A program made the position numbers and the translations under genes. Below the pieces are notes generated by a model, which searched no databases, was not told the DNA's origin, and saw nothing but the letters and a program-made list of their open reading frames with translations. From Armatimonadota bacterium (GTDB lineage Bacteria; Armatimonadota; UBA10988), in NCBI GenBank assembly GCA_016235455.1, contig JACRKZ010000057.1:24269-88268 (forward strand): a stretch of DNA of 64,000 nucleotides. Direction: 5' to 3'. The stretch's first letter is position 1. Each line of letters opens with the position of its first letter. This document shows positions 38,230 to 47,600 of this stretch, one piece after another.

Positions 38230-39174
38230 ATGGAACGGATCGTACTGGCCGCGCCGCGCGGATTCTGCGCCGGCGTCTCCTATGCCATCGGCATCGTCAA
38301 CCGCGCCATCGAGGCGTTTGGCACGCCGCTCTACGTGCGCCACGCCATCGTGCATAACGAGTGGGTGGTGCGCAGCTTCGAGGATCGTGGGGTCATCTTC
38401 GTCGAGGATCTGGCCGATGTGCCCGCCGGCCGACCGGTGGTCTTCAGCGCGCACGGGGTAAGCCCCGAGGTACGCGCCGAGGCCCGTGGGCGCGACCTGA
38501 AGATCATCGACGCCACCTGCCCGTTGGTGGATAAGGTGCACCGCGAGGCGCAGGAATGGGCCACGCGCGACCACACCATTCTCTACATCGGCCACCACGG
38601 CCATGCGGAGGCCGTGGGGACCATGGGCGAGGCGCCCGAGCGCATGTTGCTCATCGGCGGGGTCGAGGATGCCGAGGCGGTGCAGCCGCCGGATCCCGAC
38701 CGCGTCGTCGTACTCACCCAGACCACGCTGAGCGTCGACGAGGTCGGCGACCTGGTGCAGGTGCTCAAACGGCGGTTCCCGGCGCTGAGTACGCCACGCA
38801 AGGAAGACATCTGCTACGCCACCACCAACCGCCAGGAAGCGGTCAAGGAGTTGGCGCAGCGCTGCGACATGGTGCTGGTCGTCGGCTCGACGAGCAGTTC
38901 CAACACCAACCGCCTGCGCGAAGTGGCCGAGACCTGCGGCGTCGACGCCTACCTCGTGGCGGATGCCGACGGTGTTCGCGAGGACTGGCTGCGTGACCAC
39001 AACGTGATCGGCGTCACGTCTGGCGCGTCCACGCCCGAGATCGCCGTCGACCAGGTCGTCGAACGCATGATGCGCTTCGCCACGGTGCCCATCGAAACCC
39101 TGGAGACCGTGGAAGAGAAGATCCACTTCCGGCCCCCGCGCGAACTGGTTGAGGCCGCCGGCGAGGGGTCATGA
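38230..39174 (+). CDS. ispH: 4-hydroxy-3-methylbut-2-enyl diphosphate reductase
   Basis: PRGFCAGV, IVHN, SAHG, DATCPLV.KVH, QTTL, ICYAT.NRQ, SSN, GASTP. Confidence 0.98.
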   Translation: MERIVLAAPRGFCAGVSYAIGIVNRAIEAFGTPLYVRHAIVHNEWVVRSFEDRGVIFVEDLADVPAGRPVVFSAHGVSPEVRAEARGRDLKIIDATCPLVDKVHREAQEWATRDHTILYIGHHGHAEAVGTMGEAPERMLLIGGVEDAEAVQPPDPDRVVVLTQTTLSVDEVGDLVQVLKRRFPALSTPRKEDICYATTNRQEAVKELAQRCDMVLVVGSTSSSNTNRLREVAETCGVDAYLVADADGVREDWLRDHNVIGVTSGASTPEIAVDQVVERMMRFATVPIETLETVEEKIHFRPPRELVEAAGEGS

Positions 39175-40199
39175 TCGAGGTCGCGCCGGCGATGCTGTGG
39201 CATGGTGACGGCGCGCGCGTGGTCTGCGACCTGTGCCCACACCGCTGCGCGCTGGTCGACAGCGGGCTGGGGCGCTGCGGCGTGCGTCGCAACGACGGCG
39301 GCCAACTGGTCACACTGGCCGACGGCTGGCTGGTGGCGGCCCATGCCGCGCCCATCGAGCGCAAGCCGTTGCACCATGTGGCGCCTGGCAGCCAGAGCTT
39401 CAGCTTCGCGGCCGCCGGTTGCACGCTGCGCTGCGCCTACTGCCAGAACTGGATGATCAGTCAGACGGTCAAGGAAGGCGCCGGCCCGCCGGCCGCCCAC
39501 TGGACCGCCGAACGGCTGGTGGATGCCGCCCGGCAAGCCGGCTGTGCTGTCCTGGCGGCGACGTTCGGCGAGCCGACGGTCTTCGCCGAGTTTGCGCTGC
39601 GCGCCGCTCGGTCGGCTCGCGACGCGGGTCTGCTGAACGTCTGGAAGACCAACGGGCTGACCACGCTTGAGGCGGTTGAGCAGATCGCGCCATGGCTCGA
39701 CGCGGTGAACGTCGACCTCAAGGGCTGGGACGAGTCGCTCTACCGCGAGCGGCTGGGCGGCGACCGCGACGCGGTGCTGGCCGCCACCGAGGCCTATCAC
39801 CGCGCCGGCGTGTTCGTCGAGGTGACCACGCTGCTCCTACCGGACCAACTCGACGACTGGCGCGAGCTGGACGGCCTGTCCGACTGGATTCTGGCGCATC
39901 TGGGCGCCGAAACGCCGTGGCATCTGAGCCGGTACCATCCCGACTACCGCCTGGCCGACAGCGCCGCGACGGCGCCCGAGCGGCTGGTTGCGGCGCGCGC
40001 GCGGGCGTTGGCGCAGGGCCATCAGTACGTCTACACCAACGCCGTGCCCGACGGCCTGCACACCTGGTGCCCGGCCTGCGAGCGGGTGATCATCGAGCGC
40101 TTCGAGTCCGGTCGGGTAGTCGACCATCGGGTCGAGGGCCGCTGTGTGTGCGGCATCACGCTGCCGGAGGCGCGCCGACGGCAAACTCCCGTGCGGTGA
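39171..40199 (+). CDS. amrS: AmmeMemoRadiSam system radical SAM enzyme
   Basis: CDLCPHRC...CGVR, PIERKPL.H, GCTLRCAYCQNW.ISQ, NVDLK, VEVTTL, PWHLSRYHP, TWCPAC. Confidence 0.9.
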   Translation: MIEVAPAMLWHGDGARVVCDLCPHRCALVDSGLGRCGVRRNDGGQLVTLADGWLVAAHAAPIERKPLHHVAPGSQSFSFAAAGCTLRCAYCQNWMISQTVKEGAGPPAAHWTAERLVDAARQAGCAVLAATFGEPTVFAEFALRAARSARDAGLLNVWKTNGLTTLEAVEQIAPWLDAVNVDLKGWDESLYRERLGGDRDAVLAATEAYHRAGVFVEVTTLLLPDQLDDWRELDGLSDWILAHLGAETPWHLSRYHPDYRLADSAATAPERLVAARARALAQGHQYVYTNAVPDGLHTWCPACERVIIERFESGRVVDHRVEGRCVCGITLPEARRRQTPVR

Positions 40200-40341
40200 G
40201 TGGACCCAATGCCCGGCAGGTGGCGTCTTTGGATTGCGGCCCGCGCTAGCGGGTAGGGGTGGGGGCCGAATTGGTTGACCGCCCGCGTGACGAACTGCTA
40301 GACTGCCCAGCCGTGGGCCGGTCGGCGAGAGAGAGGGTTGC

Positions 40342-41097
40342 ATGTCCACCCCGGTGACGTATCGCGATCTGCTGATTGATCGCTACCGGCTGGTTCATGA
40401 CTGGGTGCCGCCGGGAACGCGGCGCGTGCTCGACGTGGGCTGCGGCAATGCGCACTTCACCAAATGGCTGCGCGGCCGCGCCGACGAGGTGTTCGCCGTC
40501 GACCACAACCCGCGCAACTGCCGCCAGGGCAAGCGCGAGTACCCCGGTCTGCACCTGGCGGCCAGCGCCGGTGAGCATCTGCCATTCGTCTCCGACCACT
40601 TCGACGTGGTCACCTGCAGCGACACGCTGGAGCACACCGACGACGACCAGGCCACCATCGACGAGCTGCTGCGCGTGCTCAAGCCGGGCGGCACGCTGGT
40701 GCTGACCATGCCGCAAGGCGGGCTGTTCGGCTGGCTGGACGCCGAAAACCTGGTCAACTACCCATTCGTGCTGGTCAAGGCGCTGCGCATCCCCAAGCCG
40801 GGCGGCGGCCATCGCTTGGACAACTTCCATTTCCGGCCGCACCGGCACTACCCGCTGGGCAAGGTGCTGCGCCTGCTGGGCGACCGGGTCGAGGTGGAGG
40901 AGGTCCGCCGGGGCGGGCTGTTCCTCTATCCCTTCTGCTACCTCATCGAGAAGTGCTTCGAGTCGTTCCTGGGTCGTGACCTGTGCAAGATCGACTACCG
41001 CTTCCTGCGGGTCGTGCGCGCCTGGGACTTCAAGCTGCCCTTTGGCCCCCTGGCCTTCAACGTGGCCGTGCGGGTGCGAAAGCGAGGCAAGGCATGA
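40342..41097 (+). CDS. Class I SAM-dependent methyltransferase (type 11)
   Basis: VLDVGCGNA, LPF...FDVV.CSDTLEH, RVLKPGG, HRHY. Confidence 0.9.
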   Translation: MSTPVTYRDLLIDRYRLVHDWVPPGTRRVLDVGCGNAHFTKWLRGRADEVFAVDHNPRNCRQGKREYPGLHLAASAGEHLPFVSDHFDVVTCSDTLEHTDDDQATIDELLRVLKPGGTLVLTMPQGGLFGWLDAENLVNYPFVLVKALRIPKPGGGHRLDNFHFRPHRHYPLGKVLRLLGDRVEVEEVRRGGLFLYPFCYLIEKCFESFLGRDLCKIDYRFLRVVRAWDFKLPFGPLAFNVAVRVRKRGKA

Positions 41098-41810
41098 CCT
41101 TCGACCCGCCGGTTACGGCGCAGCCGCCGGCTACGGCGCAGCCGCCGGTCACGGCGCAGCCGTTCTACCGGCGGGTCATTCTGGGCACCGTCGGCAATCG
41201 CCAGGTGCCGTTCTGGCTCATCCTGGCCGCGGTGGCCGTGCTCTTGTTCATCCAGGTCATCTGGCCGCGGCTGCGCGCCGAGACGCGCGGCATCACCGTG
41301 GCCTACGCGCTGTTCCTGCTGCTCACGCCGGTGCTCAACTACGGACCGCAGACCGAGCGCCTCAAACTGCTGCCGGCCGACGCCGTCGTGCTCACCAATC
41401 AGCCGACGGCGGTGGTGACCACCGCGGCCGACTTCAACAGTTTCCAGCCGCGCCTGCCGGTCACGGCGCCCTTGTGCCTGGCACTGCTGCTGACCGGGGC
41501 TTGGTGCATCATCGTGCCGCGCCGCGCCTGGCCCACGAGTTTCCGCGCCGCGGCCTTCTGCCTGGTGCTGTTCGTGCTGGGTGACCTGTGGCTGATCCAC
41601 ATGCACCTGGTCGCGCGCGGGCAGGCCAATCATCTGGACTACACCTACTGGCCGGGGGCCATGGCCAGCCTGTGGGTGCTCGGCCAGCTGCTGGTGGGCA
41701 TGGCTGCCACCCTCGCCGCCTGCCGCGACGAGTTGCGCGCGCGCATCATGGGCTTTGCCATGGTGCTGCTATTGTTCTCGGCGGCTCTGCTGTCACGAGG
41801 TGGGCGATGA
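41094..41810 (+). CDS. Hypothetical integral membrane protein
   Basis: ATGA coupling at both ends; about 6 hydrophobic segments. Confidence 0.75.
   Translation: MTFDPPVTAQPPATAQPPVTAQPFYRRVILGTVGNRQVPFWLILAAVAVLLFIQVIWPRLRAETRGITVAYALFLLLTPVLNYGPQTERLKLLPADAVVLTNQPTAVVTTAADFNSFQPRLPVTAPLCLALLLTGAWCIIVPRRAWPTSFRAAAFCLVLFVLGDLWLIHMHLVARGQANHLDYTYWPGAMASLWVLGQLLVGMAATLAACRDELRARIMGFAMVLLLFSAALLSRGGR
41106..41162 (+). repeat. 18-bp tandem repeat x3 (PPxTAQ)
   Basis: CCGCCGGTTACGGCGCAG / CCGCCGGCTACGGCGCAG / CCGCCGGTCACGGCGCAG. Confidence 0.9.
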
Positions 41811-43450
41811 GCGTACCGCAAGTCAGCTTCAGTGTGGCCAACGAGCCGGTTCGCGATGTCGCGCCGGGCGGCCGCTACCAGGCGGCTCTGTCGCTGCTGT
41901 TCCTGCTCTGTGCATCGCTGATGGTCAGTCAGTACACCTTCTACAAGTACGGCCCAGCCAAGGTGATCATCTCGCCCATCGGCCGGCATACGCAGTCGAA
42001 TATCGCCTACTACGCCAAGCCCAAGGACGGCGTGCCGCCCGAGGACATCCAGAAGCCTGGCCTGTTCATTCTCAACTGGGCCGAGTTCGACCAGTGCGCC
42101 TACCGGCTGCACTCGACCAAGAGCATTCCGCCCGCGGAGATGCTCGGCGCTCTGCTGTTCGTGCTGGCGCTGCCCACGGTGCTGTTCTTCGGGCGGCGGG
42201 TGCCGTGGCCGCGGTGGCCGCAGTGGTTCTACATGCTCATCGGCTGCATGGCGCTGCTGGGCGCGGGCGAGTTCAAGGAGGGTGTCAAGGAGCTGATCCA
42301 GTGGGGCCTGATCATGATCGCCACCTGGTGGCTGGCGGCAGTGGCCATCGCCGATGGTGAACAGGCTCGCCGCTTCGGCCGCTGGCTGGTGGTGCTGACC
42401 GTCGGCCTGCTGCTCATGGCGGTGCGTGAGTACGTGGTCTACGTGCTCATGGCCCGGCCGGCGCAGCCGCTGCTGGTGCGCGCCTCGCTGCAGAGCCGCT
42501 CGGCCTACTGCGGTCTGATGGCCATGCTGCTGACCATGCTCTTCGCCCGCGGCCTATGGTCGTCCGACCGCCGCTGGACTATCGGTGCGGTGGCCGCGGT
42601 CCTGGTGGGTGCCTCGACGATGATGACGCTGTCGGGCCTGATCGCGCTGTACGTCGGCTGCCTGGTGGTGGCTGGGCGCCATTCGCTGCGCGCCTTGGGC
42701 TACACGGCCCTGTGCCTGCCACTGGCGGTGGGCCTGTTTGGCTGCGTCAGCCGTGGGCACCTGGGCATCTTGCGCGAGAGCGCGTCGTTCTACCGCATGG
42801 AGGGTGGTCGCGCCACCGGCGTCGAGAAGCGCTACCTGGAGATGGCCGCCGCGCTCAACATGTTCAACGGCGCCCAGGACGACACGCTGACCAAGCCCGA
42901 TCCCAACGCCAAACCGGGCGAGGAGGCGCAGGCCATTCCCGTCGGATCGCGGAGCGCCGCGACATTTGGAGTCGGCCCGGGCCTCAACTACCAGTCGGTC
43001 ATCGGCCGCTACTACAACACGCTGGACAACCCCAAAAAGCAGGAGCCGGACACCTACACGCTGTACCTGCTGTTGGCCTGCCAGTTGGGCATCTTCGGCG
43101 CAGTGGCCTGGGCCTGGATCCTGTTCGACGGCGCCACGACGGCCAGCCACGCCGCGGCGCGGCTGCGCGACGATGAACTGCGTGCCCTGGCGCTGGGGGT
43201 GCAGGGCGCCCTGTTCTCCCTGCTCGTCTTCTCGGTCTGGGGCACGCTGCTCGTGCGGGGCACGGGCATGATGATCTTCACGCTGCTGGCGCTGGCCTGG
43301 CGACTGGAGCGTAGCTCGGAGTTGACGGCGCAGGTGCCGGTGGTTGACGCGCCAGCCTTCTCCGACGTCCAGGAGATAGAGCCGGAACCGGCCCCGGAAC
43401 CTGACAATGCGGGCTGGGAAGATGAACACGTGGATTCGGACGAAGCGTGA
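41807..43450 (+). CDS. O-antigen ligase/Wzy-like polytopic membrane protein
   Basis: About 12 TM segments; large loop with R...FGVGPG.NY and (N/T)LYLLLACQLGIFG, matching the Wzy_C pattern. Confidence 0.7.
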   Translation: MSVPQVSFSVANEPVRDVAPGGRYQAALSLLFLLCASLMVSQYTFYKYGPAKVIISPIGRHTQSNIAYYAKPKDGVPPEDIQKPGLFILNWAEFDQCAYRLHSTKSIPPAEMLGALLFVLALPTVLFFGRRVPWPRWPQWFYMLIGCMALLGAGEFKEGVKELIQWGLIMIATWWLAAVAIADGEQARRFGRWLVVLTVGLLLMAVREYVVYVLMARPAQPLLVRASLQSRSAYCGLMAMLLTMLFARGLWSSDRRWTIGAVAAVLVGASTMMTLSGLIALYVGCLVVAGRHSLRALGYTALCLPLAVGLFGCVSRGHLGILRESASFYRMEGGRATGVEKRYLEMAAALNMFNGAQDDTLTKPDPNAKPGEEAQAIPVGSRSAATFGVGPGLNYQSVIGRYYNTLDNPKKQEPDTYTLYLLLACQLGIFGAVAWAWILFDGATTASHAAARLRDDELRALALGVQGALFSLLVFSVWGTLLVRGTGMMIFTLLALAWRLERSSELTAQVPVVDAPAFSDVQEIEPEPAPEPDNAGWEDEHVDSDEA

Positions 43451-43493
43451 ACCGTAGAGGCGACGGCGTCGTCAGATTGGCAGGATAGGTCCC

Positions 43494-44093
43494 ATGGAGG
43501 CAAAGATGCGACGGTTGTTGACGATGGCGGAGGCGCTGGTGCTGACGGCGGCGGTGGCGGCCTCGCTGACTTGGGGCACGCGGACCGTGTCGGCTCAGGC
43601 TGGCAGCACGGTGACCTGGGAAGCCGAGTCCGGCACCTGCGAGTCGCCCGTGATCAAGAAGACGGGCTCGCGCGCCGACAAGAAGCCTGGCAAGCCGAGC
43701 AAGAACAGCGGCACCGGCTGGATCGAGATCCCCGACAAGGCCAACGGCGAGAAGAAGGAAGGCGACCACCCCGGCAAGGCCATCTACAAGGTCAACGTGC
43801 CGGCGGCGGGTCAATACACGTTCTGGGCTCGCACCATGTGGCCCAACGGCTGCGGCAACAGCTTCTGGATTCGCCTGGCCGAGCGCCCCAACCAGTTGCT
43901 TGGCGAAGACGGCACCTACGATGTCTATAAGTGGCGCAAGGTGCCCAACAAGCTGACGCTGACCAAGGGCGTGAACACCATCATCGTGGCCAACCGTGAA
44001 GACGGCGTGATCATGGACGAGTGCCAGATCACCACCACCTCGGTGGAGCCGCAGGGGCCCATCGCCGCGTCGGCGGGCGCACTGGCCAACTAG
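43494..44093 (+). CDS. Secreted CBM6/35-like beta-sandwich protein
   Basis: Signal peptide; WEAES, GQYTFWAR, NSFWI, LTKGVNTI...REDG..MD. Confidence 0.7.
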   Translation: MEAKMRRLLTMAEALVLTAAVAASLTWGTRTVSAQAGSTVTWEAESGTCESPVIKKTGSRADKKPGKPSKNSGTGWIEIPDKANGEKKEGDHPGKAIYKVNVPAAGQYTFWARTMWPNGCGNSFWIRLAERPNQLLGEDGTYDVYKWRKVPNKLTLTKGVNTIIVANREDGVIMDECQITTTSVEPQGPIAASAGALAN

Positions 44094-44115
44094 ACCCTTG
44101 TAGACGCACCCCCTC

Positions 44116-44154
44116 CAGCGGCCCCGGCGGATCCCGTCGGGGCCGCTGTCATTT
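44116..44154 (+). terminator. Intrinsic terminator
   Basis: 15-bp GC stem CAGCGGCCCCGGCGG/CCGTCGGGGCCGCTG followed by TCATTT. Confidence 0.65.
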
Positions 44155-44168
44155 CGTGGAGCTCGCAG

Positions 44169-44999
44169 ATGACCGCTCGCTCGGCCTGGCTGCTGGGGTG
44201 TGCCGCGCTGGCCATGGCGGCCATGCTGTTGCTCGGACTCAGCGGCGCAGCCTGGCCTCGGTTCGATGGCGCGGCTCTGTTCGGCCAGATCGCCTGGGTC
44301 GGCCTGCTCGGCTTGGGCCAGCAGGTACTGCGTCGCTCGGGCACGGCCGATCTGGCCGCGGGCGCCGCCGTCGTGCTCGTGGCCGGCCTGATCCTCGTGC
44401 TGCCACCGACCATGGGCCTGGGAACCGCTCTGGCCGGAGCGCTGCTCGTGGTGGCTTCGGCCACCATCTCCCAGATTGCGCTGGCACGCTACTGCCAGCA
44501 GCCGGCCTGGCTGGGCCTCGGCGCGCTGCTGCTGTGGCTGGCCGCGACCCCCGACGCCACGGGCCGGTTGGCAGCCGAGGCCCTGCGGCGCGTGGCCCAG
44601 GAGCCGGCTGTCGGCGGCATGGCGTGGGTGCTGCTGGTCTACGCGGCCGCGCTGGGGCTGGTCGCGCTGGGTCGCGCGCCGCTGCCGCGCCTGGCGGCCG
44701 CCGGCGTGGCAGCGGGCCTGTGGTGGGCCTTGGGCGTGTTGGCCGCCGGCCTGGGGCGCACCAGCCCCCTCGATGCCTTGACCTGGAGCGCGCAGGGCCT
44801 GGCCGTGGCCGGGCTGGCCGGCGCAGGCGTGGGCCAGGGCCTCCTGGCCGCGGTCATCGTGGGCTGCGCGTTGTATGCGGCGACGCTCATCGGCTCCGGC
44901 CGGCCGGAACTGGTGGTCACCGCGCTGGCACTGGCCCTGGCGGCGCGGCGCTGGCCCGATGAACCGGACACCAGCGCCGCGCCGCCACAAGCGTCGTGA
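44169..44999 (+). CDS. Hydrophobic membrane protein, distantly similar to sugar/branched-chain ABC permeases
   Basis: About 8-9 TM segments; SGTADLAAGA resembles the GGIDLSVG motif; GGAG SD. Confidence 0.55.
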   Translation: MTARSAWLLGCAALAMAAMLLLGLSGAAWPRFDGAALFGQIAWVGLLGLGQQVLRRSGTADLAAGAAVVLVAGLILVLPPTMGLGTALAGALLVVASATISQIALARYCQQPAWLGLGALLLWLAATPDATGRLAAEALRRVAQEPAVGGMAWVLLVYAAALGLVALGRAPLPRLAAAGVAAGLWWALGVLAAGLGRTSPLDALTWSAQGLAVAGLAGAGVGQGLLAAVIVGCALYAATLIGSGRPELVVTALALALAARRWPDEPDTSAAPPQAS

Positions 45000-45000
45000 C

Positions 45001-45990
45001 CTACAGGTCGACGAACTGGCCGGTCTCGATGGACTCGTAGGCGGCATTGGCCACGGCCACGTTGAGGCGGGCCTGCTCGAACGGCACCGGCGCCTCTCCG
45101 CCACAGCGAATGTAGTTGACAAAGGCGCGCACCTCGCCCGTGACCGGGTTCTCCACGGCCATCTCCTCGGGCGTCACCTTCAGCGTCTCCTCGGAGCCGC
45201 GCAGGCGATAGGTGACCTCGCCGCCGAACAACTGCGAGACCACGGCCGAGCCGTTGACGCAGTCCATCCGTGCCTGATAGGTGCCGACCGTGGCGATGTT
45301 GGTGGACTGCAGCACGCCCACGGCGCCACTCTCGAAGACCATGGAGACATGCGTCACATCTGGGTAGTCCTGGTCCATCTCGACCTTGTGGTTGCCCACC
45401 GCGGCCACGCGCTTGACCGGCCCGGCGATCCAGATCATCAGGTCGAGTTCGTGCGCATTGACCTCGAGCAGCGTGCCGCCGCTCATCTCACGGCTCAGGC
45501 GCCAGGTCGGGTGGCCGCCCCAACCGCCCTGCGAGCGCTCGACATACATCGACACCACATCGCCCAGCGGGCCGTCGGCAACCATCTGCTTGAGCCGCCG
45601 GTGGGTGGGATGCCAGCGGCACACCTGGCCCACCTGCACCTTGACGCCGGCCGCCTTGACCGCGGCGATCATCGCGTCGCAGTCGGCCAGGCTGGGGGCC
45701 AGCGGCTTCTCGCAGAAGATGTGCTTACCCGCGGCGGCCGCGGCTTCCACCACCGGCCGATGCGCCGAGCCGTGCGGGGCCACGATCACCGCGTCGATAT
45801 CGTCGCGCGCGACCGCTTCGCGGTAGTCGGCCACCGGCACCGCGCCAAACTGCTCCGCCGCCTCACCGCGGCGCTGCTCAATCAGGTCGCACACCACATC
45901 GACGCTGACGCCGTCAAGCGAGGCGGCGCTGCCGGCCACTGCGCGACCCATGCCACCACATCCCACCAGTGCGAAACGCAAGGAATCCAT
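45001..45990 (-). CDS. Gfo/Idh/MocA family oxidoreductase
   Basis: ALVGCGGMG, AGKHIFCEKP, SGGTLLEVNAHELD. Confidence 0.93.
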   Translation of the reverse strand: MDSLRFALVGCGGMGRAVAGSAASLDGVSVDVVCDLIEQRRGEAAEQFGAVPVADYREAVARDDIDAVIVAPHGSAHRPVVEAAAAAGKHIFCEKPLAPSLADCDAMIAAVKAAGVKVQVGQVCRWHPTHRRLKQMVADGPLGDVVSMYVERSQGGWGGHPTWRLSREMSGGTLLEVNAHELDLMIWIAGPVKRVAAVGNHKVEMDQDYPDVTHVSMVFESGAVGVLQSTNIATVGTYQARMDCVNGSAVVSQLFGGEVTYRLRGSEETLKVTPEEMAVENPVTGEVRAFVNYIRCGGEAPVPFEQARLNVAVANAAYESIETGQFVDL

Positions 45991-46961
45991 CACTCGCCAA
46001 CCTTTTCCACCTCGCTGGCATCCGGCGGACGGTGCAGCCGGTCGATCAGCAGCAACGGGGCCGAGGCGGTCACCCCGAGCAGCCACGGCACGGTGACAGC
46101 CACATCAAGCCGCCACTCCAACTCGCAACGAGGGCCGCGCAGCGTCGGCGCAACCGCGGGCGGCAAGGCCCACTCGACCTCACCGGAGCAATCCTTGTGC
46201 GATTCCAGCCGTACCAAATGGCGCGCGGCCAGGAAATGATGAACGTCCGTCGCCGCCAGATGCCGGCTCGTCTCGGTGCCCACGAGTTCGAGCACGAGAT
46301 GCTTCAGCGGCAGCCCCTGCGGGTTCTCGATGTGCCATGTGCCGCGCACCGGCCGACCGAGATCGACGACATGCGACGGCAGCCGCAGGCACAGCCGCAC
46401 CGGCGCGCGCCCGGCGCGCGCCAGCCGGCGTGTGGTCGGCGTGGGTGCCCACAGCTCCACAGGCTCGTCGGGCTCCGGCTCCACATCGGGCGACCAGACA
46501 TGCAACGGGCGCCAGACCTGCTGGCGCGGCCCGCGCTCGGGCTCGGCCCAGGCAATCAGTTCGTGCTCGGTGACGACGTTGATGCCGTGGTAGCTGGGCA
46601 CCGTGTCGACGGGCAGCGGCAGGCGGAAGCGGAAAGCGTGCTGGCCGGCCTCGAGCGTGGTCGGCGAGCCGATAAGCGTCTCGCCCACGCGGCTGATCTC
46701 GCGTGCCGAGCCCGACCGTGTGCGACCCGCGGGCCGGGGTACGGGGTAGCGGTAGGCGCCCGGCTGGAAGCGCGCCGAGGCCTTGGTCAGTTCCCGGCCG
46801 ATGGCCTCGACCACCAGGCGCTTGACCAGGCGCGGCTGGTCAAGCTGCATGGTGACCATGCCATGCAGCACATCGCCCGCGAACAGGGCGTTGCCGGCCA
46901 GATCCATATCCAGACCCAGTGAACCAGACGATCCAGAACGCATGGCGCCAACCTTCGCCAT
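45990..46961 (-). CDS. Arrestin/SpoOM-like beta-sandwich protein
   Basis: AGDVLHG.V, GRE.T, LEAGQHAFRFRLPLP...PSYHG; second repeat LPPAVAPTL.G...WRL. Confidence 0.6.
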   Translation of the reverse strand: MAKVGAMRSGSSGSLGLDMDLAGNALFAGDVLHGMVTMQLDQPRLVKRLVVEAIGRELTKASARFQPGAYRYPVPRPAGRTRSGSAREISRVGETLIGSPTTLEAGQHAFRFRLPLPVDTVPSYHGINVVTEHELIAWAEPERGPRQQVWRPLHVWSPDVEPEPDEPVELWAPTPTTRRLARAGRAPVRLCLRLPSHVVDLGRPVRGTWHIENPQGLPLKHLVLELVGTETSRHLAATDVHHFLAARHLVRLESHKDCSGEVEWALPPAVAPTLRGPRCELEWRLDVAVTVPWLLGVTASAPLLLIDRLHRPPDASEVEKVGE

Positions 46962-46964
46962 GGC

Positions 46965-47600
46965 TCAACCGGCTCCTCTGTCGCACAAGGCCAACACGCC
47001 GCGACGGTAGGCCGCGGCCCAATCGGCGCACAGGGCCGCGGCTCGCGGCGCCCAGAGGGCCAGCACCGACTCGTCGGCGGGCGGCGGCCCGGGCAGCCCA
47101 CGCCGGCCGGCCGCGTGCTCAGCCCGCCGGGCATGGCGCGCCGACCCGAAGGCCGCGGCCAGCGCCCTGTCGTCGAGCCGCTCGGCCTTCAGCCGGCGGA
47201 TGGCCAGCGTGGCCAGCGCGGCGCGCGCCGCGCGCGGCAGGTCGTCGGCCCAGCCCGCGCCGAGTTGCACGCGCGGACGCAGACGTTCGGTCGCCGCCAA
47301 CCACTCCTCACGATCGCCCGACACCAGCCACAGATGCCGCCACAGGCCCAGCAGCGGACCCGGCGCCCACCGCTCCTCCAGGCTCCGCACCGCCAGGTAG
47401 CGTTCGGTCAACGGCGCCGCGGCATCGAGCCACGGCGGCTGATGGGGGAGTCGCAGGTCGCCGCGCGTCAGGCGCCAGGCCTCGGCCCAGGTCTCATCGG
47501 CGGTGTCGGTCTCGCCGCGCAAGTCGTACACGGCGGCCACCGCCGCCCACCGCGCGCCGTCTGCCAGATCCTCGGCCAGGCGCGCCTCGCGCTCGATCAC
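46965..47600 (-). CDS. Hypothetical all-helical protein
   Basis: GTGA coupling to the upstream gene; fills the operon gap. Confidence 0.6.
   Translation of the reverse strand: MIEREARLAEDLADGARWAAVAAVYDLRGETDTADETWAEAWRLTRGDLRLPHQPPWLDAAAPLTERYLAVRSLEERWAPGPLLGLWRHLWLVSGDREEWLAATERLRPRVQLGAGWADDLPRAARAALATLAIRRLKAERLDDRALAAAFGSARHARRAEHAAGRRGLPGPPPADESVLALWAPRAAALCADWAAAYRRGVLALCDRGAG

Noticed and set aside
36211-39126. Very long antisense ORFs (also 16565-18688, 22441-24756, 33033-34814, 9556-11202, 53790-55529)
   Set aside because: They are shadows of real genes on the opposite strand. High GC3 removes stop codons, and the translations carry no family motifs.
40250-40266. G-quadruplex-like G runs (also near 28183-28200 and 54031-54090)
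   Set aside because: Expected by chance at this GC content; no evidence of function.
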